Below, one piece after another: positions 62,393-64,000 of a stretch of DNA of 64,000 nt; the first letter of the stretch is position 1, and each line of letters opens with the position of its first letter. The stretch comes from an uncultured Candidatus Saccharibacteria bacterium (GTDB taxonomy: Bacteria; Patescibacteriota; Minisyncoccia; Sungbacterales; HO2-52-23), in assembly GCA_964585475.1 (NCBI GenBank), contig CAZPDF010000002.1:1631-65630 (forward strand), in the 5' to 3' direction. Made by a program: the position numbers and the translations under genes. The notes beneath the pieces were generated by a model that was not told the DNA's origin, made no database searches, and saw only the letters and a program-made list of their open reading frames with translations.

Positions 62393-62613
62393 ACCGTTTT
62401 TAAATTCTTAAATTTCTGCACCTTAAATTTAAAGGGGTTTTGCATGCCCGCGGTTTTTTGGGGTAGAAAATAAAAAACGGCCTGCCCCCCATCTATTTTA
62501 CTGCTGAGTTTCTAGTGAGCAAAACGAGTGTAAAAGAAGAAGAGCGCCCGCATGGAGACGCTCTTGTCTGGTAAAATAGGTGTGGGGTGCGACTGCACCG
62601 CCTCCTGCTTTGA

Positions 62614-63093
62614 TTATAATGCCGTCTGGGGCGTCAGTCTTTCGAAGACCCAGAAAAGGATACGCTCGAAGAGCGGACGGATTTCTTCATAGCGGGGACC
62701 CAGGGGGTCTTTGGTAACGCAGCACCAACCTGTTTGATCCTCATCGTGGTAGAAAGTGATTTCCACTTCCACCTCGTTGTAGGTTGTATCAAGTTTGAGC
62801 GGATGAAGGTTGAAAGTTATTGCGGTATTCTCCTCGAACCTGACCCGTTTTCTGAAGATACCTCTTTCCACAAAATGCCACGGCCGCACCAAAGCCCCCT
62901 TCGTTCTGACGGCTTGCAGTACTGACCCGGGCCTGTATTCATATTCGCCAACGTATTCTTTTCCGCAAAGTTTTGTTGTGCTGTGTGTAACCCCATGTAG
63001 TTTTACCGTGCCGGGCGCGAAGTAGGTGGAGATCTCCGTAAATATCCCGACGATTTCTTCTCCTGTGGCCGGTCGAGGCAACCTTACTTTCAT
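62614..63093 (-). CDS. hypothetical protein
   Basis: 159-aa ORF; no motif I can place confidently. Confidence 0.35.
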   Translation of the reverse strand: MKVRLPRPATGEEIVGIFTEISTYFAPGTVKLHGVTHSTTKLCGKEYVGEYEYRPGSVLQAVRTKGALVRPWHFVERGIFRKRVRFEENTAITFNLHPLKLDTTYNEVEVEITFYHDEDQTGWCCVTKDPLGPRYEEIRPLFERILFWVFERLTPQTAL

Positions 63094-63297
63094 TTTCTAT
63101 GCCCCTGCATGTTTTGGTTCCGGGATGATTCTAGCATTTGTGGTTTAAAAGTCAATGTTAAGAAAAAACCGGCGGTTTTCGCCAGCGAGGGTTTGTGATT
63201 AGTACGATCGAAAGTGTACGCGCGTTTTTTGAGGTAGAAAATGTAAACCGGCGGAGGGAATAGAACCCTTTCGCCGGTCAGGTTGTGGACCCGCGCG

Positions 63298-63588
63298 TTA
63301 GCGCCGGGCGGCGTCTCTGAGAAAGTCGCACCAGTCCCTCGTCAGGTCCGTGAATTCGCCGAAGTGTTGATTGCCTGTCTCTTCGACGACACCGCCGCAG
63401 CCGGGGCATCTCACCACCTTGTCACCGAAGGCGAGGTGCGAATCGTAGAACACCTCAGCCCCGCAGCCGGTGCAGGAGCCCTTGCGGCTAGGGAACGTGT
63501 TGCAACCCCCGTGCGCGAGCACCTGTAACAGGTAGTTGGTTCCGCTCTCATCGAGTGTTCCCAGGGCAAAGTATCGGTTTTTGAGCAT
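63298..63588 (-). CDS. hypothetical zinc-ribbon protein
   Basis: CTGCG ... CPGCGG paired CxxC motifs. Confidence 0.4.
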   Translation of the reverse strand: MLKNRYFALGTLDESGTNYLLQVLAHGGCNTFPSRKGSCTGCGAEVFYDSHLAFGDKVVRCPGCGGVVEETGNQHFGEFTDLTRDWCDFLRDAARR

Positions 63589-63657
63589 GTTCTCCCCCCG
63601 CCTTTTCTGGAATTATTTCGTAATATCCATTATACACCACTTATAGAAAAAAGTCAA

Positions 63658-64000
63658 ATGCTTTATATCTTCACGGGTAACGGCAAGGGTAAGACCACGG
63701 CGGCTTTGGGCCAAGCCATACGCGCTGTGGGTGAGGGGAAGCGGGTTTTGATGGTGCAATTTATAAAAGGCCCCTGGAAATCGGGGGAGGATAATATAAA
63801 AGTCATCCTGAACGAAGTGAAGGATCTTGGAGATCCTTCGGTCGTCACGCTCCCTCAGGATGACAAACGCGGTTTTTTCAAACTTGTCAAAATGGGCAAG
63901 GGTTTTGTGGGGATTATGGGAGACAAACTGCCGCGAGAAGAGCATGAGAAAGCTGCGGAGGAGGCGTTGGACTATGCGAGAAAAGAAATAGAATCCGGCA
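63658..64000 (+). CDS. cobA: cob(I)yrinic acid a,c-diamide / corrinoid adenosyltransferase (CobA/CobO/BtuR-type), partial at window end, with in-frame hairpin-element insertion
   Basis: [39 protein letters not shown]-loop signature; hairpin element at 63802-63863. Confidence 0.7.
   Translation, partial: MLYIFTGNGKGKTTAALGQAIRAVGEGKRVLMVQFIKGPWKSGEDNIKVILNEVKDLGDPSVVTLPQDDKRGFFKLVKMGKGFVGIMGDKLPREEHEKAAEEALDYARKEIESG
63802..63863. repeat. In-frame palindromic hairpin element, family A, inside cobA
   Basis: gtcatcctgaacgaagtgaaggatcttggagatccttcggtcgtcacgctccctcaggatgac encodes [21 protein letters not shown]; same termini and reading frame as the leuS copy. Confidence 0.75.

Overview
This 64-kb window looks like a compact bacterial chromosome segment of roughly 48% GC. 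It is densely packed with housekeeping genes and has no rRNA, tRNA or CRISPR array that I could support. A small-genome, possibly CPR-like (Candidate Phyla Radiation) lineage is an inference only.

Housekeeping genes I can support include metG (C-terminal fragment), tatD, leuS, glmS, NUDIX and HAD hydrolases, yvcK, tsaC, dcd, glyA, folD, a PAP2 phosphatase, iscA, parA, parB, relA/spoT, topA, dprA, mfd, pth, lepB, a hisS-like gene, a HIT gene, rpsU, a yqeY-like gene, ybeY, ftsA, ftsZ, class II nrdJ and the start of cobA.

The most unusual aspects are:
1. The leucyl-tRNA synthetase (LeuRS) is 1208 aa. Its CP1/editing region carries an RBBP9/YdeN-type alpha/beta-hydrolase domain and a bona fide NUDIX-box domain as in-frame insertions.
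2. Several families of short palindromic, hairpin-forming elements occur in-frame inside conserved genes (tatD, leuS, cobA, tsaC, HIT, topA) and in intergenic regions. The pattern resembles Rickettsia palindromic elements.
3. A MITE-like family with terminal inverted repeats built on CCCCGCAC has at least six intergenic copies.
4. Low-complexity AAATTCAAAATTC-type and heptamer tandem repeats are inserted in-frame into leuS, mfd, topA and glyA.
5. A 424-bp perfect direct repeat duplicates the promoter, 5' leader and signal peptide of two tandem secreted HExxH proteins, which are followed by a lipoprotein.
6. A diverged copy of the parB 3' end lies 1.3 kb downstream of parB. Between them sits an apparent cassette carrying an AbrB-like antitoxin and a frameshifted RelE/ParE toxin. 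A second orphan antitoxin plus toxin stub lies at 50.7 kb.
7. The adenosylcobalamin-dependent RNR (NrdJ) carries a 389-aa LAGLIDADG intein, lies next to cobA, and has a perfect DnaA box and a palindromic element upstream.
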